Shown: positions 36,007 to 46,239 of the stretch, piece by piece
Numbering within the stretch: the first letter of the stretch is position 1
How the letters are laid out: every line of letters starts with the position of its first letter
DNA from: Gammaproteobacteria bacterium
GTDB taxonomy: Bacteria; Pseudomonadota; Gammaproteobacteria; JADZEE01
NCBI GenBank assembly: GCA_965225625.1
Contig: CBDDBH010000020.1
Location: forward strand, 70,341 to 134,340
Direction of reading: 5' to 3'
DNA length: 64,000 nucleotides
Translations under genes and position numbers: made by a program
Notes under the pieces: model-generated
Database searches by the model: none
What the model saw: the letters and a program-made list of their open reading frames with translations, nothing else
What the model was told of the DNA's origin: nothing

Positions 36007-36486
36007 ATGACCAGGCAGACTTACCCTCCGACGATGAGCGCGCAGCGCGGCACGGTGCTGTTGTTCTCGTTTATTATCCTGATATCGCTGACCTTCATTG
36101 CCATTTCCAGTGTGCGTACCAGCGTCATGGAATTGCGCATTGCCCGCAACGTCGAAGAGAACATGAACGCCTTTCAAACGGCACAGGCAGCCGTTGATTT
36201 CGTGAAATCTAATAATGCAAACCTGCCGTTTGTCGGCCCGCTGAATACCCCGACCGCGGTCGCACTGACAGGCAACTCGTTCACGCTTGCGACCGGTGAG
36301 ACCCTCGTCGCAACCGCGGAACGCACGATCGACTGCGGCCCGCCACCGCGTATGCGCAACGGCAGCAGTTTGTTGGCGTTTTCGTCATTTTCTTACCGTA
36401 TTAATGCCGACCTCGATAAAACAGCGAACGGCCGCGGCCAATCCGAAATCAACCAGGGGATACTGCTGCTCGGCCCGAAGTGTTGA
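36007..36486 (+). CDS. pilX: Type IV pilus minor pilin PilX.
   Basis: RG/TVLLFSFIILISLTFIAISSVRTS matches the PilX N-terminal domain. Position in the operon. Confidence 0.6.
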   Translation: MTRQTYPPTMSAQRGTVLLFSFIILISLTFIAISSVRTSVMELRIARNVEENMNAFQTAQAAVDFVKSNNANLPFVGPLNTPTAVALTGNSFTLATGETLVATAERTIDCGPPPRMRNGSSLLAFSSFSYRINADLDKTANGRGQSEINQGILLLGPKC

Positions 36487-36515
36487 GGGTAGAGTGAGCC
36501 ATCAGGAGTTTAATT

Positions 36516-39500
36516 ATGCATCGCAAACTTAAAAACGCATCCTTTGCCGCCCTGCTGACCTTCACGCTCGGTCTTCTACCCAGCTCTCAGGCTGATGACA
36601 CGGATATCTACTTGAAACCGAACGTGCCAACAGGTGCTGAGCCATTGGTGATGTTCATTCTAGATTGGCGTCCCAATCTCGGAGCCAGCGTGTCCTGCCC
36701 GGACGATAACGGCGGTTGCGACAAATTGCTCGAAGGGGGTTACATCCGTGATGTGAACAATAACGTCAAGGCACGTACTGACGTTGTGTTTTTCGACATA
36801 ATCCGCGGCGCCTTCATGCGCGTGCTGGATCCCCTGGGCGGCGTGAAGATCGGTTTCATGCTGAATCACGATCACACAAACAACTGTGAGGGACCTCCAG
36901 AGGGAACTAATCCAGCGCAAGAATGCAGCAACGGTGCCTATGTGCTGCAGGGTTTTGTTTCGATGGAACAAGGCACCGACGATGACAATATCTTTGACCG
37001 TAGCGGTGAAGATCCCGATAAGCTCACGCTATTCGACAAGCTCATCAAAATTCCGACACCCTCCGGTAATCTTTCCCATCCCTTCCAGGGCAAGGAACTC
37101 TATTTCGAGTTTTTCCGCTATTTGACCGGACAGGGTGTCTACAATGGTCACAACGGTTTTGTCGACTTCGGCGACTCCCCTAACGACAGTACCAATTTGA
37201 TTGATGAAACCACTGCCAAGGGCGGCGATTCTGCCTGGGATCTCAACGCCGAAAAACCACTCGTCGCCAACACGCTCCCTGAATATATAAGCCCCTTCAT
37301 CGGCGCGACGCAGTGCACCAAGACTTTTGCCGTCAATCTGCTGTTCCAGGTTTCACAGCAGGAAGACGATTCCGACGACGCCATCTTGGTGCAAAACGCT
37401 GACGGCATGGACGGGATCAATCTCTCGGGCAACAACAATAGTTTCGATACCGTCCTTCGCTACATGAAAGACGTCGATTTGGCGGACGGCACCGTCGGTG
37501 ACGCACCCGATATCGCCGGCACACAAAATGTCATATCGTATTTCGTTGCCCGCGACCAGGCCCTGCAAGGGACGACCGTGCCCGGATACGCGATCTCCGG
37601 CGGCACCCCTGCGGTGATTCCCCTGAGTGAAGACCCGGATGAATTGATAGCGGCGCTCGACAACATTCTGAACAATATCTTGAGCGTCAGTACGACGTTC
37701 GTGGCGCCCTCGGTGCCAGTCAACGTCTTCAACCGAGCACAGACTTTGAATGAAATTTTCCTGGCCCTGTTCGAGGCGGAGGAAAACGGCTTGCCGACGT
37801 GGCCAGGCAACCTCAAGAAAGTGGTCATCGGCACAAACGCGATCGACCCCGACCTTCTCGAATTGCAGGATGCGCTGAACCAGCCGGCCATCGACACCAG
37901 CGGACGCCTGGCCCTCAACGCACTCACTTTTTACACAGATGCCGGTGACCTGCTGCCGCCGGTGGACAACGAATCGGCCGTCGGCGCCGACGGGCCTGCT
38001 GTCACCCGTGGCGGTGTCGGCCAGCGCATTCCCGGCTACGTGGCCGCCCGCGATGGCGTTACAGATCTACCCTTGGTCAATACCGGCACCAACGCCCGAC
38101 AACTCTTTTACGAAAATTCAGCGGACGCGACCGATGGCCTGACGCCACTCAATGCCGATGTCACGACCGCCACCGCGCTGTGGACCGAGTTGACCGCGAA
38201 ATGGCTCACCTCCCCCTCAGCAACGACCTACGCTGGCGCCGTAGCCAACGCGGAACGGGAACAGGCGCAACTGGATCTGCGCTGGGCACGCGGTCTCCAG
38301 GCCACCAGTTTCGCGGACACTTCGACCATTCGGCCCTGGCTTGTCGGCGATCCTCTGCACTCGCGACCACGCCCCATCAACTATGGTGCCCGCAGCCCCT
38401 ATACCACGGCGAACCCCGACATTCGTATATTGTTCGGCACCAATGACGGCTTCATGCATTTGATCCGCAACACAACGTCGGCGGGTGTCCAGTCCGGCGT
38501 AGAGGATTGGGCCATCATCACTCGGGAAGCGCTCCCGCTTCTGGACCGTTTACGATTGAATACTTCGGGGATAGACCCGACCCACCCGCTCACCATCGAC
38601 GGCTCGCCCTCGGTGCTGCAGAAAGATCTCCTTTTTGACGGCACCATCGATGGTTCCGACACGGTACATGCCGTGTTCGGCCTGCGCCGTGGCGGCAAGT
38701 GCTATAACGGTATCGAGTTAACCGACCCGAATGCACCGAAATTTCTCTGGAAGAAGTGCAAGACCGACGCCGGTTTCGGTGAACTCGGGCAAACCTGGTC
38801 TCAGCCGGTGTTCGGCAAGGTGGCCATCGCCGACGTCAACGGAGATAGCGTCATCAACGTTCTGGACGCAATCGATGTCGCGATCTTCGGCGCCGGCTAC
38901 AACGGTGACGACGAGGGTGACAATACGGGTGACCTCGGCAAAGACGCGGCGAATCGCAATGGCTCAACTGGCACCGATGACGACGAAGGTCGCGGGGTCT
39001 TTATCGTCAATGCCCTTACCGGCGACCTGGTGTGGAAGGCGGTCAACGGTGCATCGACCGCGTTTGTCTCCGCGGATAAAGCGTACACCCACATTGATAT
39101 GGACGATAGTATTCCCTCCGGTGTGGGGGCTGCCGATACCGATGGCAATGGCTTGACTGATAGACTTTATGTCGGTGATACGGGTGGCGTACTCTGGCGC
39201 ATGGACATTGAGGGCAGCACGATTGCCAACTGGACCGCGACACCGGTCGTTAGTGTCGGCCGGCACTTTAGCGGCAGTGCTGTAGACGATCGGCGGTTCT
39301 TCAACCGGCCCGATATCGTGCAAACCCGCGATGACAGTTCTCCTGCTAACTTCGACGCCGTATTGATCGGCACGGGGGATCGCGAAAATCCGTTGGGACG
39401 AGCGTCGAAAACTACTTTTACCTCTTTAAGGATCGCAATATCTCCAGTGGAACACCGCCGGTTACGATGAAGGATCATGACGACTTTGCCGATCTATCAG

Positions 39501-39940
39501 CGGACTGCGTAACGGCTGGGAACTGCGACGCAAGCACAGTCGCAGCATTAGCGACGACCGGCTGGACGTTCGCACTTGGCCCGAACAATGGCGGCGATAA
39601 AAATCTAGCTCCAGCGATCACCATTGGCGGCATCGTGTTTTTTACGACCTTTGCACCGGGATCAATTGCTAATGTTTGCGATTTGAATGAAGGCACGGGT
39701 AGAGTTTTCGCGGTCAACCTGCAGGACGCAACGCCCGTCTTCAACTACCTGACAAGCAATGACGACAACGGAGTAACTCTGGAGCGCTCCGACAAACTGG
39801 AGAGCGGCGGTATACCGGTAGAGGTGGTCCCGCTCGGCGATGACCTAGTATTGATTCAAGGACAGGCTGGCGGCTCCAATATTCAGGCGGCTGGCGTCAA
39901 TACCGACTGGGATACGTTCTGGTACAACGAAGGCGATTAA
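36516..39940 (+). pseudogene. pilY1: Type IV pilus tip adhesin PilY1 (PilC-like), split by an apparent 1-bp frameshift near 39395-39400.
   Basis: Signal peptide and about 1140 aa in total. ORF 36516-39470 ends 10 aa after GTGDRENPLG. The conserved PilY1 motif NYFYLFKD and the rest of the C-terminal propeller continue in another frame (ORF 39467-39940). The junction lies at 'ttggga' next to a GGGGG run. Confidence 0.7.
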
Positions 39941-40033
39941 CGACACTACAATGCACAACAGTCGACACGCGCGCGGCAATGTGCCGCGCGCGTATGTAGG
40001 CTACTAGAAAAAACTGATCGAAGAGGATAGACA

Positions 40034-40489
40034 ATGGCACATTGCAGCGCGAGCAAAAATAAAACCGCTTACTGCCCTGGCCGAAACTCGCGCGGATCGC
40101 AGCAATCGGGCATCACCCTCATCGAGTTGATGATCGTCGTGGTCATTGTCGGTATTCTCGCCGCGATCGCCTATCCATCCTTTACCAGCTACCGCCTGCG
40201 CACCAACCGCACAGCCGCGAAAGCAGCCCTGATGGAAGCGGCCACACGCATGGAGCAGTTTTACCTGAACAACAAGACCTACGTGACCACGATTGCAGGA
40301 CTCGGTATGGCAACAACGACAGAGGGCGGCGCTTATGCCTTGACGGTAACCGCGTCAAGCGCGACCACCTACGCGATGACCGCGACCCCACAGGGCGCGC
40401 AAACCGACGATACCAAATGCATGAATATGACGATCGATTCTAGCAGTACCCGTGGCGCATCGGGTCCCGACGGCGCCGCTTGTTGGTAG
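40034..40489 (+). CDS. pilE: Type IV pilin PilE-like minor pilin.
   Basis: Mature N-terminus ITLIELMIVVVIVGILAAIAYPSF with a C-terminal Cys pair (TKCMNM...AACW). AAGAGGA RBS before ATG 40034, which gives an unusually long 26-aa leader. Confidence 0.7.
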   Translation: MAHCSASKNKTAYCPGRNSRGSQQSGITLIELMIVVVIVGILAAIAYPSFTSYRLRTNRTAAKAALMEAATRMEQFYLNNKTYVTTIAGLGMATTTEGGAYALTVTASSATTYAMTATPQGAQTDDTKCMNMTIDSSSTRGASGPDGAACW

Positions 40490-40747
40490 ACGTCACCAGT
40501 CGTTAAGAGCGACCGGCCGTCGCTCGATCTGAATACTACGGGTCGGCGCTGAGGTATCCCCACGGAATCATCGTAACCCTTGCAAGCGCCATCGCTATAA
40601 CAATTCGGGGACGTTGCTAAGAAGCCCCGCCATTACGAGGAGAGCGGGCGAAGCCCGCTGGACGAAGTCCCCCACCTGTCAGCAGGCAAAGTGACGAGTC
40701 TTCAAGAAGTGTGGCCTAACAGTTCCGCTCCGCCATGAGCTGTTACG

Positions 40748-41201
40748 TTACTTACACCAAGTACCAATGTCCGTCTGAGCGTCTGCAATACGCTGTTGGC
40801 GCACATCCTCACCCAACTTGACGCGATTACCTTGCTCATCGGTTCCATAGACCCGCGGATTCGCGCTGACACGTGCCAGCTTGTCGCGAGCAAGTTCGCA
40901 ATTGCGCTTTTTGACACCTTGCTCTTGCGCTAACAAGGTTTGCTGTTGGGCTTTTTGCGTGCGCGATTCCCTGGCCTTATCAAGTCGCTTCTGCAACGCG
41001 GTCAGGTCATTCTGCGCGCCTGCCTGATCGATCTTAGGCGGTGGTTTGATAACCTCCTTGACCTCGCAGGCGTCGGCCCTGTCAGTGTAGATGGTCGAGC
41101 CATCCTTCTGGATGCACTTAATAACCTCAGCCGCCGTAGAAAAACTGACGAGGCAAAATAAAATGCCAACAATTCCAAATCCAAAGGCTCGCTGATTCAT
41201 C
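40748..41201 (-). CDS. DUF4124-domain protein (periplasmic, coiled-coil).
   Basis: Signal peptide then a VIKCIQKDGSTIYTD motif (DUF4124). Q-rich coiled-coil region. Start taken at MNQRAFG, which has a GGAG RBS. Confidence 0.5.
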
Positions 41202-41669
41202 GCTTTGCTCCCTGCTCCTTTAATAGCGCGTTGAGCGGATTTAACGACAGCGCCTGCTCCGCGGTTGCCCATTTGCTGGTAGAGCCGCCCAGTCGATCGT
41301 GGGCTCTTTAAATAAGTTAGACCGCTAGTGCTGGTGGAATTCCCCACTTGCGACCAATTCCTGAATAAAATTTTAGCGTAATCAGGAACATTCGGCGACT
41401 TTTCAGAAAACCTGACAATGTCGGCCTGGCTTATTCATCGGCTTGGGGACACCGCACTACGCATACGCAATCCAGGCGGAGCCGGACTGGGTCAAATTTG
41501 TCCACTCCGACACTTCGAAATTTAACCTTCTCTTAACATCCGCCTAACGAACTGCGAATCAACGCTTCATTAGAATCGACGCCTATCAAGAGATGGAGTG
41601 CGATATACACGGAGCGTTCCAGGCTAGTTGAATTGATAAATGCTCGATGAAAAACGTAAGGAGAAATGT

Positions 41670-42521
41670 ATGAACATCAATCCACATAGTAAATGGTTGC
41701 TCATGGCAACACTGTTGGCGGCCATGGCCAGCAGCGCCGTACTGGCGGGTGGGCTGGTTGAACTGCCTGGCGATTTCGAATCTGATGATCCGGACTACCA
41801 TTCGAACGAGATCACGAACCTGTATTGGCCACTCATAGCCGGTTCGAGGCTAGTCTACATCGAAGAAGCGGACGATGAATGCATCGTTGGCGTGTTGGAT
41901 ATTATAACCACCGTCAACCAATCCCGGACTACGGTCAACGGCGTCGATGTTCGTGAGGTCTGGGACCGCGAGTTCATTGACAACGTGGGCGATTGCGATG
42001 CCGACACCGCCGATATCGGTACCTGGGAATTACTGGAAACCACCTACGACTGGTATGCGCAGGATGAGGGGGGAAACATCTGGTATTTCGGGGAATTCAC
42101 AGTGGCGTTTGACCACGATGAGTGTGAGCACGACATAACCGCCAGCGAGGGACCGTTCTTCGAGGATGGATGCCTAGACGGTTCCTGGGAAGCCGGTTAT
42201 GACATCTGGGAAGACGCAGCGGACGACGAGATCCTACCCGGCATCATCATGCTGACCGAGCCAGAAAAGGGCCAGTTCTACTTCCAGGAATTCTGGGAAG
42301 ACGAAGCTACCGACATGGGTAAAATCCTCAACTTCAAGGATATAGACACTGCCCTGTACGACGAGGTAGAGGATTGCGTGATGATCAAGGAATGGGTGCC
42401 GCTGGACCCCGGCAACGTCGAGCACAAATACTACTGCTATGACAAGGGCCTGGTGCTGGTAGAAGGCAACGCGGGGGGCAAGACCGTGTATACCGACCTG
42501 GTTGAGGTGATTGATCCTTGA
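41670..42521 (+). CDS. Secreted, highly acidic protein of unknown function.
   Basis: AAGGAG RBS. Signal peptide MNINPHSKWLLMATLLAAMASSAVLA. D/E- and W-rich (WED repeats). Followed by a strong terminator. No family recognised. Confidence 0.5.
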   Translation: MNINPHSKWLLMATLLAAMASSAVLAGGLVELPGDFESDDPDYHSNEITNLYWPLIAGSRLVYIEEADDECIVGVLDIITTVNQSRTTVNGVDVREVWDREFIDNVGDCDADTADIGTWELLETTYDWYAQDEGGNIWYFGEFTVAFDHDECEHDITASEGPFFEDGCLDGSWEAGYDIWEDAADDEILPGIIMLTEPEKGQFYFQEFWEDEATDMGKILNFKDIDTALYDEVEDCVMIKEWVPLDPGNVEHKYYCYDKGLVLVEGNAGGKTVYTDLVEVIDP

Positions 42522-42565
42522 TTGACTGCAACATCACGCTCAACGAGCGATAACAATAAATAATT

Positions 42566-42596
42566 GAAGACCCCGCGTAGGCGGGGTCTTTTTTTG
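42566..42596 (+). terminator. Rho-independent terminator.
   Basis: gaccccgc-gtag-gcggggtc followed by T7. Confidence 0.65.
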
Positions 42597-42780
42597 CTCA
42601 ATCACTTAAAAATTATCCCGAACGGGATCAAAATGCGCGGTTGAACGGATACGGGACACCTCGAAATCTGGAATCTACTGATCGCGAGTCGAGAGATAAG
42701 TTTTATTTAACTTATTGATTAGAAAAAGCTTTAAGATATATATTGGACCGCTTGATAGCGCTTTTTTACCAATTCCAAAG

Positions 42781-43275
42781 CTAATCCTGAAGCAAGGCGT
42801 GATCCGGGATAATTCCCAGCGCTACGTTCCGCAACTTTGCCCGAAGTGAATTATCCTCGTCGAGATTTCCGTGTAGTTCCTCAAACAGAACAGTAAACGC
42901 CTCCCGGTCTCCCGACCAGCCATAAATCTCGGCAAGTTTGACCTGAAATTCGCGCTCATCCGGAGCGGCATCTATGGCGTGATGAGACCATTTAATCGCA
43001 TCGTCCCAAAGTCCCTCGGTAACACAGCGGTCAATCTCCTCTTGTATAGACAGCGAACCGGAATGGGAAAGCTCGGCCCGAAGTTCTTCGCTCAGTTCGG
43101 TCTCGAGGGTAATAGGTACAGCCGTTTTTTCGGCGACCCGCCTCCGCACCGCCTGTTCGCGTTCGATGGAGGCCTGCGTTTGACGGCGATCGTGATAATC
43201 CTGATAGGCGAGACGCGCCACGACGGCCAGCAAGGCCAGGACAATGACGCTAAGTATGATGACGAGAGTTTGCAT
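42781..43275 (-). CDS. Membrane-anchored protein with a FimV C-terminal-like (TPR-like) domain.
   Basis: N-terminal TM helix. C-terminal EFQVKLAEIYGWSGDREAFTVLFEEL resembles the conserved FimV C-terminal motif. Transcribed divergently from fimV. Confidence 0.45.
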   Translation of the reverse strand: MQTLVIILSVIVLALLAVVARLAYQDYHDRRQTQASIEREQAVRRRVAEKTAVPITLETELSEELRAELSHSGSLSIQEEIDRCVTEGLWDDAIKWSHHAIDAAPDEREFQVKLAEIYGWSGDREAFTVLFEELHGNLDEDNSLRAKLRNVALGIIPDHALLQD

Positions 43276-43455
43276 ATACGACTAGGTAATCGCCCATTTT
43301 AGGGGGGGCAAGCATAACAACAGAGGGGCAGGAAAGAAACGCGACGGATCATGCAGGCTGGCGATAGTTTGAAGTGCAATGGCTCTTGGTAGTTGGATCA
43401 ACCAAGCTCGGCTATACTCCTTATATATAAAGAGACTTGAACCTGGGAATTGAGT

Positions 43456-45403
43456 ATGCGCAGTGCCCACCGGACGCTGGGCGTTGTCGGCCTTATCTGG
43501 TCGGCGGCGGCACCTGTCCAAGCTTTTTATCTAACCGAAATCCATGGCGAGTCCGCGCTCGGCGAACCGCTTGTCGCCTGGGTAGAGGTGTTTGATGCGC
43601 CTACCGAGAATCTTGAAGAAGCTCGAATCGAAATTCTGCCGGCGTTGGAGTACGCAAACAATCCGGAAATGATGGGTCTAATAGCCGATCTAGGCACGAA
43701 TCTAGTCTTATCTGATAGCGGACGTTCATACATCGAAATAAAAGGTAGCCGCGACGTCGGCGAACCTATTATTGCCCTTTCGCCTCAAAGTTAGTCTCGG
43801 AAACTTTACCAGAACGCGAAGTTACACGTTGTTACTTGATCCCCCGAGGAGGAGTAGTCGGTCAGCGACTTCGGCGCGCGCTCAACCGGCGACTGCATCA
43901 TCCAGTTTGAGATTGAGCAAAGCTGCGTGGCAGGGTGGATCCTACGGCCCAGTGCAACCGGGCGATGCCTTGTGGGAGATTGCCAGAGACATAAAGTCGG
44001 AGGATGTTTCGGTTCAGTCGACACTGACGACGCTACATCGGGCGAACCCGGATGCCTTCATCGACGAGAACATTAATCGTCTAAAAGTTGGCGCGATGTT
44101 AGCTGTCCCCGACTTTATTGACGCGGACATCGAGCGGGCACCAAGGGCGGCTGCGGCAATGGCTCAAGGCGGAACGTACGGTCCGGTAGCACCGGGAGAC
44201 ACGCTTTGGTGGATCGCAAAGGCAGTACAGGCCGACGGTGTTTCATTTCAATCAACGCTCACCGCGCTGCATAGCGCCAACCCCCACGCCTTCATCAACA
44301 ACAACATCGACCGACTTAAAACCGATGTTATTCTGACTGTTCCCAATCTACTGGCCGGGCAGGTCGAGGCTGTTCGTACGACCTTGCCGAGTGAACCTGG
44401 GTCAGATGAGGTGTTCGAAGCTCAGATCCTGCCCAAGCCGGATGAAACTTACATCGCACCGATTTACGTAACGCCAGCGACGAGTACTGAACTTGTAACT
44501 GCCCTGCCTGACTCGGCTCCCGAAATTGAGGCGGACTCCAGTATCGCGACGATCGAAGAAACTGAAAGTCCCGCGCAAGCGCATCAGGTTGTCGCTGAGC
44601 TCGCTCCCAGCGTATTTCCACCGCAGCGTGGGCAAGAGAATCTATCTGCGGTCGTGGAGCCGCAGATTGAGGTTCCGGTTTCAGTCGAACGCGAAAGCAG
44701 CGCACCACCACCGACCAAAGCAGCATCGCCGACGTCGACCACTGCACCAGAACTCGCAAGTGTCGATCCTTCGAGTAAGCCGAAATCGACATTTAATCCC
44801 GTCGTCGTAATCGAACTTGGCGCGATTATTCTGTTGCTGGTCACGATCGCATTGCTCTTTGCGCTGCGCACCCGCAGGGAAGTTCGTGTGGAAAGAATAC
44901 GGCACGAAGACCGCCGGAACGAAGAAGCCCGGAGAAAGCAGTTAGTCATCGAGAAGGCAGAGCAGCGAGTCGCGCTCGAAGCTGAACGTAGCGCTTCGAA
45001 ACAACCGGTGGAAACAACGAACACACCAGCGGAAGCGCCGGCCGCACAAGATGAGCAGTCTTCAGTCAATGCTAAATCGGTAGCCCCCGGGGAATCGGCT
45101 ATTGGAGAAATAGAGCGACACATCGCCAGTGGGCAATACAATCTGGCCGAACAAGTCGCGCTGGATATTATCGATGACACTCCCCGCAATCATCATGCAA
45201 AACTGAAGCTCGCGGAACTCTATTTTATGATTGAGCGCGTGAATGACTTCGTTCGCATTGCCGATGACCTGCACAACAATCACCGCGCATTTATTAGCGG
45301 CGAAGATTGGGATCGGCTAATACACATGGGTAAGCAGATCGGCGCAGATCACCCTCTATTTACCGGTCCTCAACAGGTTGACTTCGATATCACCAAGCCC
45401 TAG
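43456..45403 (+). pseudogene. fimV: FimV/HubP-family pilus assembly protein, with an apparent 1-bp frameshift near 43770.
   Basis: Signal peptide plus LGEPLVAWVEV..., then SYTLLLDPP (the FimV hallmark) in the next frame. Two LysM-like repeats (YGPVxPGDxLWxIA), a TM segment, an acidic region, and the FimV C-terminal domain (AKLKLAELYFMIERVNDF). The frames switch at 'ccctttcg'. Confidence 0.7.
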
Positions 45404-45469
45404 CGCTGAAAGTCTCTTGCCGGAAACCCGGTAAACGTTGCCAGTTTGTTAATTTATAGGATGCCGGAG

Positions 45470-45505
45470 AGAGCATTCGAACCTCCGCCCTGCTGACAGG
45501 CGTTT
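45470..45505 (-). other. Degenerate tRNA-Thr-like 3' fragment (pseudo-att site).
   Basis: tgccggagagagcattcgaacctccgccctgctgac is about 70% identical to the 51-bp tRNA-Thr 3' repeats at 51.0 and 51.9 kb. The T-arm no longer pairs. Confidence 0.3.
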
Positions 45506-45741
45506 TTGCAGCCTGTCTTTACCCGCCATGTGTACACCTTCTTAGATATTGGTATGTTTAATCGGATGGGTCACAGTTACTCGGCGAGGGAATGAGTCGC
45601 CGGATCACGGCGAACTAGAACCACAGGCCAACTATTAGGAGTAGCACAATGACGGGAATACGGCATGTTGTCTATACTTAGGGTATGAGGGGCAGTGACG
45701 CAGCCATGACGGCGATAGAGGTACAACTTGTGAAGCGTATG

Positions 45742-46209
45742 CAGGCAATTGTCGCTACAATTCTCCTTTTCGCTTGCACCGTAATCGCGGAAGAAAACGA
45801 CAGTTCAAGAGCAGTGTATCTACGATTCGTTGGTCCACCGGATCAGTCATTTATTGCTCCAAAGCCACCACGAACCCAACGAGTCGTCTTTATCCGTGAA
45901 CGCGTTATCGAGGGTCGTCCTCAGCGGCAGCGGAATCCCCAGGTAACACCGGAGCACCTGCTCGTGATCGCATTAGACGACAGTGAGTCTGAACTAGTAC
46001 GAGAAATCATCCCAGATCCCCGGATGGTTCGAGCAGAATTTGTGGACAGCCGAGGGCGGTTCAGATCAAACAGGTGGTACAACAGCAGTGTCGAATTTTC
46101 GGTTTTGCTGCCAAACAATTCAGCTATTGTCGAGCTGGAACTCTATCATCCCGAGTGGACCGGGGAGACATACGACATGCAGTTGGTCGGCAGAACTCAA
46201 CTTCGCTAA
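45742..46209 (+). CDS. Hypothetical secreted protein.
   Basis: Signal peptide MQAIVATILLFACTVIA from the internal ATG. No recognisable family. Immediately upstream of the M64 peptidase gene. Confidence 0.35.
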   Translation, partial: QAIVATILLFACTVIAEENDSSRAVYLRFVGPPDQSFIAPKPPRTQRVVFIRERVIEGRPQRQRNPQVTPEHLLVIALDDSESELVREIIPDPRMVRAEFVDSRGRFRSNRWYNSSVEFSVLLPNNSAIVELELYHPEWTGETYDMQLVGRTQLR

Positions 46210-46239
46210 AGCAGTAGAAAAATTAGCTTTTCAACACGA

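Noticed and set aside
39380-39400. pilY1 frameshift as programmed or phase-variable slippage.
   Set aside because: The runs at the junction are short (GGG, with a 5-nt G run 20 nt upstream). Similar indels occur in unrelated genes, so assembly error or plain mutation is more parsimonious. Kept as a finding, not asserted.
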